Shown piece after piece: positions 1 to 6,846 of a stretch of DNA of 19,626 nt. Positions within the stretch are counted from its first letter, which is position 1, and each line of letters opens with the position of its first letter. Under the pieces are notes generated by a model, which was given only the letters and a program-made list of their open reading frames with translations, searched no databases and had not been told where the DNA came from. Position numbers and translations under genes: made by a program. Source of the DNA: a virus (taxonomy: Duplodnaviria > Heunggongvirae > Uroviricota > Caudoviricetes); the IMG/VR virus record IMGVR_UViG_2757320620_000001, positions 95,417 through 115,042 of that record; one strand, given 5' to 3'.

Positions 1-491
1 AAAGACAATCGCACCACTCAAGCGCACTAAGCACACCACCGGCCTAGAGAGCACCATCACCCTATAGAACGACCATACCAAGCACTAAGCACCTAGAGAG
101 CCACTAAGCGTCTACTGGTGTAGGTGAGCGTGCATGCGTAGGTGTGTGGAGATAGAGAGGTGCTGTTGGAATTCTAAGCGTAGGGGTCGGTGGGCGGCGC
201 CGCGCCTCACACTCCTCCATCAACCGCTTCACCAGACCACCCGTAGCCGCGACACGCCGTTCGCATCCCGACCGCGTGCGTCTATCTTCTGCAGTGCGCG
301 AATGAATTGCGCAGCAAGCAGTCGTCCAGCTGCCTTGTTGATTACATGCAGCGTGGTCGATTTGGATAGCGGCCTTCCTCGAGGCGGGTTTTCGGACCTG
401 CCTCTCTTTTTGGCTTTTCGGAATTTTCAGGAACCACGAGCGCCGGAGCCATATACTGCCAAACGCCGGCACGCACCCTTTGAGCACCAAG

Positions 492-571
492 CCATGGTCG
501 ACCCATCGCCGGAACCATGGACAGCCTCGGATTGCCACGGCACGCCATGGATCACCGCGGACCAGCCACGG
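492..571. repeat. 10-bp-periodic CCNNGG array
   Basis: CCNNGG starts at 492, 515, 525, 535, 545, 555 and 566 (ggaaccatgg acagcctcgg attgccacgg cacgccatgg atcaccgcgg accagccacgg). Confidence 0.9.
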
Positions 572-620
572 CGGGCGGCTCCCGGCTCACTCCGGACGAT
601 CCTTCATTCCGGAGAGCTAA

Positions 621-681
621 TCCGGTCCGTCTCCCTTCATAGTTATTTATATCTAATAGTTATTTTATATATTGAAGGGAG
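621..681. repeat. AT-rich core flanked by CTCCCTTCA/TGAAGGGAG inverted arms, copy 1
   Basis: Shares an exact tccggtccgtctcccttc and atctaatagtta with the copy at 15186-15266. Confidence 0.85.
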
Positions 682-838
682 CAGGCGAATCTTGTGACAG
701 GATTGTGTCCGAGGATTACACTCCGGCACGAGAGACGCTCCAGCCCTTGCCAGATGTTTCGCCTACCCGAGACGCTCTATGTTCTGTTCATCGAAAGCGA
801 ACGACTTTCGACAAAACGTCAACAACATGGAGACAGTC

Positions 839-1537
839 ATGACCAAGAAGAACGCGTCCACGAAGACACCGGCCGGCAAGCAGTCCAGCGAACCGCAGGC
901 CTTCATATTCGACGATGCCATGAAGGCGGTGAACGAGGACGACGCCAAGGCGTTTGCGCTGACGATCGCTGCCGCCTTCGACGAGCGGGTGCAGTTCGAG
1001 ATCAGCCGCAAGGCGAACGGCTCGGCCGACATGCCCAAGGTGAAGAAGCTGAACGCCTATCGCAACAAGCTGGCGCTACCCTCGATGGCGCGCGTGCTGA
1101 TGGTGCTGAAGACCACGCCGGCGTTCATCAACGCTCGCCAGGGCAAGGAGGCCGACGGCGATCGCTTCAACATCTACGCCATCGACAAGGTCGTCGACTT
1201 CGTCCGGGCGCTCAGTGGGCACGCCAAGCTGTCGAACGCGCACAACGTGGCGATCGGCAAGTCGATGCTGAACTTCGAGGCGGCCGGCGCGACCTTCACC
1301 GGCGAGATGGCGATGTGCGCAGCCAGCGACAAGATCCGCAGCCAGGATCCAAACGCCAAGCTGCTGCGGCGCCACAACGTCGACAAGGCAACAGCCGGCA
1401 CCCAGGCGTCGTCGACACTGAACGCGATGATGGCGCTCGGTCTGATCGTCAACAAAGGCACCAAGCGGGCAGCCGCTTACGTCTTTGCCGAGACCGAGCA
1501 GGCCGGCGCATTCAAGGAGCTTCTGAAAGTCGTCTGA
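839..1537 (+). CDS. Hypothetical phage protein, 232 aa, possible C-terminal winged helix; paralog of 3779-4345
   Basis: GGAG RBS before the ATG at 839; host-like codon usage; followed by a terminator; colinear similarity to the 3779-4345 product. Confidence 0.85.
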   Translation: MTKKNASTKTPAGKQSSEPQAFIFDDAMKAVNEDDAKAFALTIAAAFDERVQFEISRKANGSADMPKVKKLNAYRNKLALPSMARVLMVLKTTPAFINARQGKEADGDRFNIYAIDKVVDFVRALSGHAKLSNAHNVAIGKSMLNFEAAGATFTGEMAMCAASDKIRSQDPNAKLLRRHNVDKATAGTQASSTLNAMMALGLIVNKGTKRAAAYVFAETEQAGAFKELLKVV

Positions 1538-1569
1538 CCCTCGCCGGGCAGACAACCGACAGAGAGGGG

Positions 1570-1603
1570 AAGGGCGGTGCTCGTGTGGGGTGCCGCCCTT
1601 TCT
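1570..1603 (+). terminator. Rho-independent terminator
   Basis: aagggcggtgc ... gtgccgccctt stem followed by a T-run, just after the 1537 stop. Confidence 0.7.
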
Positions 1604-1861
1604 GTGTGCGTTGGGTCAGCCATGGGGAACCACGGCGCATTTAGGCAAATATTGGGGAACCGGTGGGGTCCAAGGGACCGGCCGATGAGACAGTGCTCAT
1701 CGGCCTTGGGGCACCACGGTCCTTTGACCTCCCCTCGCCTACCCGTCACCATGGCGATCCATGGTCCCTCCTTCCCAATGCGTGCCATCGTTCGCCAGAT
1801 GTAATGCCTTGTTTGGTCGTGCGACTGTCTAATCGTCAACAACGCAACGAGAGACACCCAA

Positions 1862-2167
1862 ATGACCAACAGGCTTATCGACTGCGGCTTCCAAGATCAC
1901 AACAAGTTCGACGTCGGCATCGCCATCGACAAGAGCGAGATCGAGCCCATACGCAAGGAGATCACCACCTGGCGCGACCGCTATGGCAACGACCTCTTCC
2001 ACTCGCAGCCGCGGATCAAGGCCCATCGCGTCGCCTGGGACGTCGTGCTCGAGGGTGTGGTCCAGGAGACGACCGGTATGCCGGCCGCGATCGAGCTTGG
2101 CTCCGTCGAAGAGCTCATGTTCTTCTCCGGGCTCCTCGACAAGATGATGCGCAGCGCCGGCTACTGA
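1862..2167 (+). CDS. Hypothetical protein, 101 aa
   Basis: GAGAG RBS-like sequence, GC3-rich codons, closely followed by the next gene. Confidence 0.8.
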   Translation: MTNRLIDCGFQDHNKFDVGIAIDKSEIEPIRKEITTWRDRYGNDLFHSQPRIKAHRVAWDVVLEGVVQETTGMPAAIELGSVEELMFFSGLLDKMMRSAGY

Positions 2168-2177
2168 GGAGCCCGAC

Positions 2178-2468
2178 ATGGACATTCACTTCAACACCGG
2201 TCGCCTCTACACCAAAGAAGGCCAGGTCATACGCGCCGTCTGGGACAAGGAGAACGAGGTCATCCACTTCGCCGACACCTCGCGTGCCGTCAACGGCTCG
2301 ATCGAGGCGCCGGAGTGGGACATCAGCTTCACCACTCCGGGCGGCCTGGCGCGCTACGTGATGGAGCGCTACGACCGACACGCCTACAAGAGCAGTGCGC
2401 CCTCCTGGGAGCTCCTGATGATCAAGGGCCGCGATCCCGAGGCCCAGGTCCACCAGTTCACCCTCTAA
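2178..2468 (+). CDS. Hypothetical phage protein, 96 aa
   Basis: GAGGAG RBS, typical codon usage, terminator downstream. Confidence 0.85.
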   Translation: MDIHFNTGRLYTKEGQVIRAVWDKENEVIHFADTSRAVNGSIEAPEWDISFTTPGGLARYVMERYDRHAYKSSAPSWELLMIKGRDPEAQVHQFTL

Positions 2469-2474
2469 CAGCCG

Positions 2475-2498
2475 AGGCGCCCAGGTGGCGCCTTTTCT
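2475..2498 (+). terminator. Rho-independent terminator
   Basis: aggcgcc-caggt-ggcgcct followed by tttct. Confidence 0.75.
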
Positions 2499-2613
2499 GT
2501 GGGTGCGGGTTAGCCATGGCGCGGGAGCCGCCCATGGTCCCTCCTCGACCAGGCCATGGCAGGTCCAGGCGTCGCCAGGCCGGTGTGATCCTGCGCTCGC
2601 CAGATAGGACGCC

Positions 2614-2637
2614 TTCGCGAAATCGCTAAATTGCTAT
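2614..2637. promoter_or_regulatory. Tandem 8-mer (WTCGCTAW-type) cluster
   Basis: ttcgcgaa atcgctaa attgctat, upstream of the gene at 2663; one of 11 clusters. Confidence 0.7.
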
Positions 2638-2662
2638 TTATCGAAACAGCGAGAGCACGCAC

Positions 2663-2995
2663 ATGAACATCGCCGACTTCACCGCCAAGATCGTCGCAGT
2701 CGCCACTCAGAGTGACAACCAGGTCACGCCATTCGAAGGTGCTGACTGCTCGCCGCGGATCGAGACGTTTCTCTCGCCGGTCTACATCGGTATCTGGCTG
2801 CACCAGGCAGACACGGTGCAGTATCACCTCGAGATCTCGAACGTGGTTCAGCCTCATGCTTGGCTCGAAGATGGCGTTACGCGCGATGGCGTCGCGTCGA
2901 TCACCGCCTACACGACCTTCGCCGACGTGATGACCGCCTACAACGCCGTGATCACGCATATCGCCTCGAGCGAAGCGAACTTCCACCGCATCTAG
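2663..2995 (+). CDS. Hypothetical protein, 110 aa
   Basis: GAGAG RBS-like sequence; coding-like codon usage. Confidence 0.8.
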   Translation: MNIADFTAKIVAVATQSDNQVTPFEGADCSPRIETFLSPVYIGIWLHQADTVQYHLEISNVVQPHAWLEDGVTRDGVASITAYTTFADVMTAYNAVITHIASSEANFHRI

Positions 2996-3000
2996 CCAGA

Positions 3001-3028
3001 TTGCGCTAAATCGCTAATTCGCTAAACT
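3001..3028 (+). promoter_or_regulatory. Sigma70-like promoter overlapped by three 8-mer repeats
   Basis: TTGCGC-N16-TAAACT; the repeats tgcgctaa atcgctaa ttcgctaa fill the spacer. Confidence 0.55.
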
Positions 3029-3063
3029 GAGAGCGTCAACAACGAAGCGAGCAGGAGCTCAAC

Positions 3064-3237
3064 ATGTCTACCATCATTCCGGCGCCGACCACCGTCTATC
3101 GCATCAAGGAAATGACGCCGACCGAGTCCGCGTTCATGGCCGAGACCGCTGAAGCCTTCAAGACGGTATGCGCCTTCGTCGCCTTCATCATCTTCGTCTG
3201 CTCCGTCATCGCCCTCTGCATCATGATCAAGACCTAA
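3064..3237 (+). CDS. Small membrane protein, 57 aa, single C-terminal TM helix (not in the supplied ORF track)
   Basis: AGGAG RBS; translates as MSTIIPAPTT...VCAFVAFIIFVCSVIALCIMIKT*; terminator downstream. Confidence 0.75.
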   Translation: MSTIIPAPTTVYRIKEMTPTESAFMAETAEAFKTVCAFVAFIIFVCSVIALCIMIKT

Positions 3238-3268
3238 CCGCTTACGAAAGGAGCAACCCTACCAACCA

Positions 3269-3297
3269 GCCGGCGAGCCGCCTACTCGCCGGCATTT
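3269..3297 (+). terminator. Probable terminator
   Basis: gccggcgag-ccgccta-ctcgccggc followed by attt. Confidence 0.55.
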
Positions 3298-3458
3298 CCA
3301 TTTGCAGCTGGCGCCACGGAGAACCACGGTCTAAATTCCCAGGAACCGGCGCACTTGACGCCATGGCTTGCCATCCTCCGGCTGGTCCCTCGCCCCGCCT
3401 ACGTGACGCTCCATCTCCATCGCTCTCGATTGTATCGCACGCGAGCTAATCGCGCATG

Positions 3459-3487
3459 AAAAGAGCGCGCTAGATCTTAGCGCGCTC
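3459..3487 (-). terminator. Rho-independent terminator built without GG/CC
   Basis: gagcgcgcta-gatct-tagcgcgctc (10-bp stem); aaaa at 3459-3462 gives the U-tract on the minus strand. Confidence 0.75.
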
Positions 3488-3506
3488 GCGTTAGTCGCTC
3501 TTGCTG

Positions 3507-3701
3507 CTATTCGCTGTAACGCGTCTCATGACGCATATTCAGCATTTCATATATGTCTGTCTGCTGATAGTCGAACCGACGGTCCAGCAATTCCACACTG
3601 TCAGTCGTCGCGTTGCGCGTCTTGAAGTCGCGTCGCTTCTGTCTGTCTCTCAATTCGCGCTCTGTGAGCGATACGCGCGCGCTGCTATATGATTTGCTCA
3701 T
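3507..3701 (-). CDS. Probable small protein, 64 aa, second gene of the island transcript
   Basis: Lies between the 3779 stop and the 3459-3487 terminator; AAGAG RBS-like sequence; no recognisable family. Confidence 0.5.
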   Translation of the reverse strand: MSKSYSSARVSLTERELRDRQKRRDFKTRNATTDSVELLDRRFDYQQTDIYEMLNMRHETRYSE

Positions 3702-3778
3702 GTCTCTTGTCTCGCTTCTGTGACGCTGCTAGCGCGCTTTATGACGCGCTAGCTAAGTCAAGATTGATTGATCACGCG

Positions 3779-4345
3779 TTACGCTGCAAAGCGCGCTTCG
3801 ATCGCTTGCATAATCGCGTTGTCGTTGACAGTATACTTGTCTTTCGACGCTGCTTTCAGCAAGTTGAGCGCAACAAGAGCGCGCATGTTCATCGAAGCAT
3901 GACGCTTCGCAGAAGAGAATTCATCTTTGCGACGATAGTAAAGCGCGACGCGTTCTTTCGCGACTTTGATATTCTTGTCGAGCGCGATTTCAATGTCGCT
4001 TGCGCTGAACTGCTCACCAGCGCGCTTGAAGTTGACGAGCGTGCGCAGCACTTCTTCAACGTTGCTCTTGAGCTTGTCGACGTTGCGAGCGTTCGCAGCG
4101 AACTCGAGAATATGCGCGCAATTCTCGAGTGCTTTCATGCAGAACGCGCTGTTAGCTTGCACGCTGTCTTGTGCAAAGTCTGTCTTCACTTCGCACGCTT
4201 CGAGCATCTTCGCGACGCTGTCTTGTGTGACGACAAGCGCGCACTTCGATATGAAGTTGAGCGAGTTTGCAGACTTCTTTGCTGCAAGCTCTACGTCGTA
4301 GCGAGCAGACAGAGACAGTGCATATGCGTTAACAACTTTAGTCAT
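3779..4345 (-). CDS. GG/CC-free paralog of 839-1537, 188 aa (1 Gly, 0 Pro, 0 Trp)
   Basis: Start chosen at MTKVV after aaagagagaaacgatc. Aligns to 839-1537, e.g. AYALSLSARYD/AFALTIAAAFD, LVNFKRAGEQFS/MLNFEAAGATFT, ASMNMRALVALNLL/ASSTLNAMMALGLI. Confidence 0.85.
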   Translation of the reverse strand: MTKVVNAYALSLSARYDVELAAKKSANSLNFISKCALVVTQDSVAKMLEACEVKTDFAQDSVQANSAFCMKALENCAHILEFAANARNVDKLKSNVEEVLRTLVNFKRAGEQFSASDIEIALDKNIKVAKERVALYYRRKDEFSSAKRHASMNMRALVALNLLKAASKDKYTVNDNAIMQAIEARFAA

Positions 4346-4425
4346 GATCGTTTCTCTCTTTCGTGTTGACTGTCTAGCAGTCGTTGTTGACATGATCTTT
4401 AGACACTAGTTCGCAGCGTCATGCA

Positions 4426-4449
4426 ATAGCTATTTCGCTAAATCGCGAA
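4426..4449. promoter_or_regulatory. 8-mer cluster at the island promoter
   Basis: atagctat ttcgctaa atcgcgaa, abutting a TTGCAT -35-like box on the minus strand. Confidence 0.6.
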
Positions 4450-4816
4450 TTATTTTTCATAGCATAATTGCTATGTGATGATACGTGCGCATTGACTCAC
4501 AGAGACGCGCTGACACGCATAGACGCGTGAGCAGTGTCACGCGACACAGAAGCGCGTCGATCGATCCCTCGCGCTCGTGTGTGTCGCTGTGAAAGCGCGA
4601 CGTGCGAAGAGAAGCGAAGTCTTAGAGATTTTGCGTGTGGGTCAGCATGATGCCCACTGCTGCCCGGCAAATCCGGTGCTCCGACTACCTATCCCAGTGC
4701 CTTACCGGGACGGACAGCATGCCCTGGGTAGCGATCCGTCAACCAGATCCCCGGCGCCCAGGTTCCCCTGCCCCGCACCCCCGATTCCCGTGCCCAAGCT
4801 ACCCATCCTCTTTTCA

Positions 4817-4836
4817 CTCAATCAATATTGACTGAC
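4817..4836. promoter_or_regulatory. 20-bp palindromic operator (GTMARTMAATATTKAYTKAC), site A
   Basis: ctcaatcaatattgactgac, one mismatch to consensus; upstream of the gene at 4892. Confidence 0.75.
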
Positions 4837-4891
4837 CGTTAGCGCTCGGATAATGTCCTGGCAATTCCAACATGTGAGGATCCAATTTCCC

Positions 4892-5725
4892 ATGAATCTC
4901 TCTTTCCCTGCCCGCGGCCCCATCATCGTTCGCAAGGTGACGCGTGATGAACCGACGCGCATCATTGAAGCGCCGCTCGAGACAACCGTCGACACGTCGA
5001 TCCCTGGCATCGAATACCACAACAGCGCGACTGGTCCCTTTTTCATCGTTCGCGACGAGGCTGGAACGGCTCTCACCTACCGTGTCACCGAAATGACGGC
5101 GCCGGTCTGGGGTCCGCTCGAAACCAAGGGAACGCTTGTGGGAATCGAACATGCGCCGCAGGGCGTGATCTCGATCAAGGAGCACGACGACAAGCTTTCG
5201 GCCGCGATCGACATTGCCTTTGAGGCTGGTGTGCAGAACGAGCGCCAGGAGAACCAGGAAGCGGTCAAACGGATCGCCGCTGATTTGGTCACAACGCTCG
5301 ATGAGCCGAACAACGTTCTCATCGGCTTCACCGACGGGCAGTTTCTCGTGTTTCCTGACATTGTCGCCTACAGCGAGCTCGATGGTCAGCTGAGCCTGGA
5401 GACGACCGTGGGCAGCGTCATCAACGTGCATCCGTCCTGGCGCTCCTACGAGCTCGAGCCGATCACCGATGCGGTCGACGAGGACGATGATGATGTCGAG
5501 CTGATCAATCCGCTTGCGACGCTCGAAGGCGTGTCCAAGGGCGAAGCGGCCGGCTGTGGCTGTGACGTCTGTGATGCGGCGCGTGCGGAGGAACTCGCCA
5601 AGGCCGTCTGGGATGGCATCTGGGCTGACAAGAAGCTCGATCTCGCCTCGGTCGTGTCGGAGGGCGCGCGAACGTTCTGGAAGCCGCGCTATGGCCCGGT
5701 CGGCAACCGCATCGACGACGAATAA
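4892..5725 (+). CDS. Hypothetical acidic protein, 277 aa, with a CxCxxC motif
   Basis: GAGGA RBS before the ATG at 4892; GCGCDVC motif and an acidic run. Confidence 0.8.
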   Translation: MNLSFPARGPIIVRKVTRDEPTRIIEAPLETTVDTSIPGIEYHNSATGPFFIVRDEAGTALTYRVTEMTAPVWGPLETKGTLVGIEHAPQGVISIKEHDDKLSAAIDIAFEAGVQNERQENQEAVKRIAADLVTTLDEPNNVLIGFTDGQFLVFPDIVAYSELDGQLSLETTVGSVINVHPSWRSYELEPITDAVDEDDDDVELINPLATLEGVSKGEAAGCGCDVCDAARAEELAKAVWDGIWADKKLDLASVVSEGARTFWKPRYGPVGNRIDDE

Positions 5726-5748
5726 TCGCTAATTCGCCATTTCGCTAA
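5725..5748. promoter_or_regulatory. 8-mer cluster
   Basis: atcgctaa ttcgccat ttcgctaa. Confidence 0.7.
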
Positions 5749-5762
5749 ATCAGGAATTCGTT

Positions 5763-6143
5763 ATGCCCAACAAAGAACCCTCCCTCCCCTTCGGCTTCCC
5801 GCTCGAGGGCATTCCGCTCGCCGGCAAGTTCCCTGAGAAGGACGTCGTCATTCAGGGCGACACGATCTATGCCGGTCTGATCGCTCCAGATGTGACGCTC
5901 CACACTCCCCTCCCCGTGACCGGCTATACGCCCGTCGAAGACGACAAGGTTCAGCTCGTGAACTCGATCAAGATCGAAGAGGAACGCATCCTGCGCCGGC
6001 TCGACGAGCTGAAGGCGGGCGGCCAGAAATACGACCAGCGCTTCGTCGCGCTCGCCATGACCTACGTGCAGGTGGGTATGATGCTCGCCTACCGCGGCGT
6101 CTTCCAGCCGGAACGCATCACCCTGCCCGAGGACGCCGCATGA
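5763..6143 (+). CDS. acb2: Acb2/Tad1-hairpin-like nucleotide-signal sponge with an N-terminal extension
   Basis: C-terminal TGY...VQLVNSIK...LDEL...DQRFVALAMTYVQVGMMLAYRGVFQP matches the Acb2 pattern GY..N.IK..RW.AI..T..Q.G.M...RA..QP. Confidence 0.65.
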   Translation: MPNKEPSLPFGFPLEGIPLAGKFPEKDVVIQGDTIYAGLIAPDVTLHTPLPVTGYTPVEDDKVQLVNSIKIEEERILRRLDELKAGGQKYDQRFVALAMTYVQVGMMLAYRGVFQPERITLPEDAA

Positions 6144-6592
6144 GCGTTGTCGTCTATCACGACGGCGTGATGGCTGCCGACAGTCGAGCCTATTCGGGCT
6201 CGACGCACCCGGCCGGCCACAAGCGCAAGATCCACCGTCTGCCCGACGGTGGCCTGGTCGGGATTACGTCCAATCAGATCGGCATGCCGGAAGCGTTTCG
6301 CGACTGGCTGGCTGCCGGCGCAAACCGGGAAGCTTCTATGCCGAACGAGCCTGGCTTCGACGCCCTGCACGTCACGTCGGACGGCGAGGTCTTCCTCTAC
6401 AGCGACAGCTATACACCGTCTGGGCCGCTCTACGGCACGACCTTCACGATCGGCTCAGGCAAGGCATATGCCCTCGGCGCCCTCAAGGCCGGCGCTTCGG
6501 TCACAGAGGCCATCGAGATTGCCAAGGAATGCGACCTGTGGTGCGGCGGGCCGGTTATCGAACTGCCTCTCTACGAAGACACCAAACCCTGA
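6140..6592 (+). CDS. Ntn-hydrolase / proteasome beta-subunit-like peptidase with N-terminal Ser
   Basis: (M)SVVVYHDGVMAADSR, KRKI, TIGSG..A.GAL..GAS..EAI.IA..D...GGPV pattern; ATGA overlap with the upstream gene. Confidence 0.8.
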   Translation: MSVVVYHDGVMAADSRAYSGSTHPAGHKRKIHRLPDGGLVGITSNQIGMPEAFRDWLAAGANREASMPNEPGFDALHVTSDGEVFLYSDSYTPSGPLYGTTFTIGSGKAYALGALKAGASVTEAIEIAKECDLWCGGPVIELPLYEDTKP

Positions 6593-6601
6593 AAGGAACC
6601 C

Positions 6602-6790
6602 ATGTTCAATCTTCGTCTCCAACTTCGCCTGCTCGCTGCCGACGCGATCCGCTTCGTGGTCATCGCGCTGATTGTGCTGATTGCCCTGCTGATCGGCGCC
6701 GGGCTGTTCTTTGTCGGTCTGCCGCTGATCCTTCTGATCTTGCTGGTCTTCGCTCTCTGGGCGCTCGCCGGCTCTGTCGCGCCGCGATAG
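6602..6790 (+). CDS. Small hydrophobic membrane protein, 62 aa
   Basis: AAGGA RBS; long hydrophobic stretch consistent with 2 TM segments. Confidence 0.75.
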   Translation: MFNLRLQLRLLAADAIRFVVIALIVLIALLIGAGLFFVGLPLILLILLVFALWALAGSVAPR

Positions 6791-6810
6791 CGATTTCGCT
6801 AAATCACGAA
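6787..6810. promoter_or_regulatory. 8-mer cluster downstream of the par operon (candidate parS)
   Basis: atagcgat ttcgctaa atcacgaa. Confidence 0.6.
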
Positions 6811-6816
6811 ATAAAG

Positions 6817-6841
6817 AAAGGGCGGTTTCGACCGCCCTTTT
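6817..6841. terminator. Bidirectional terminator
   Basis: aaagggcggt-ttcg-accgcccttt between convergent genes. Confidence 0.85.
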
Positions 6842-6846
6842 CGTTG

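Larger units (their letters stand above)
3419..4638. other. GG/CC-depleted island
   Basis: Manual scan found GG/CC only at 3576, 3581, 3584, 3593, 4017 and in CCC at 4566-4568. CG and GC remain abundant. Confidence 0.95.

Noticed and set aside
492-571. CRISPR array
   Set aside because: The period is 10 bp with only 4 conserved bases; there is no repeat-spacer structure and no cas genes.
104-697. ORFs 104-538, 134-697 and 342-548
   Set aside because: Arg/Pro-rich, no RBS, atypical codon usage; they overlie repeat and regulatory DNA.
3689-4369. 226-aa + strand ORF overlapping the island gene
   Set aside because: It is in exact codon register antisense to 3779-4345, has no RBS and no family signal. 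The minus-strand protein is the one with a paralog, promoter and terminator.
3419-4638. Explaining the island as a low-GC horizontally acquired gene
   Set aside because: GC is still ~50% with plentiful CG/GC, so it would hold many GG/CC. It also carries the phage's own 8-mer and GTCAACAAC motifs.
3419-4638. Simple restriction-site avoidance
   Set aside because: Avoiding a 4-6-bp site does not require loss of nearly all GG/CC or of Gly/Pro. GATC, GCGC and CGCG are common here. A degenerate GG/CC-dependent nuclease cannot be fully excluded.
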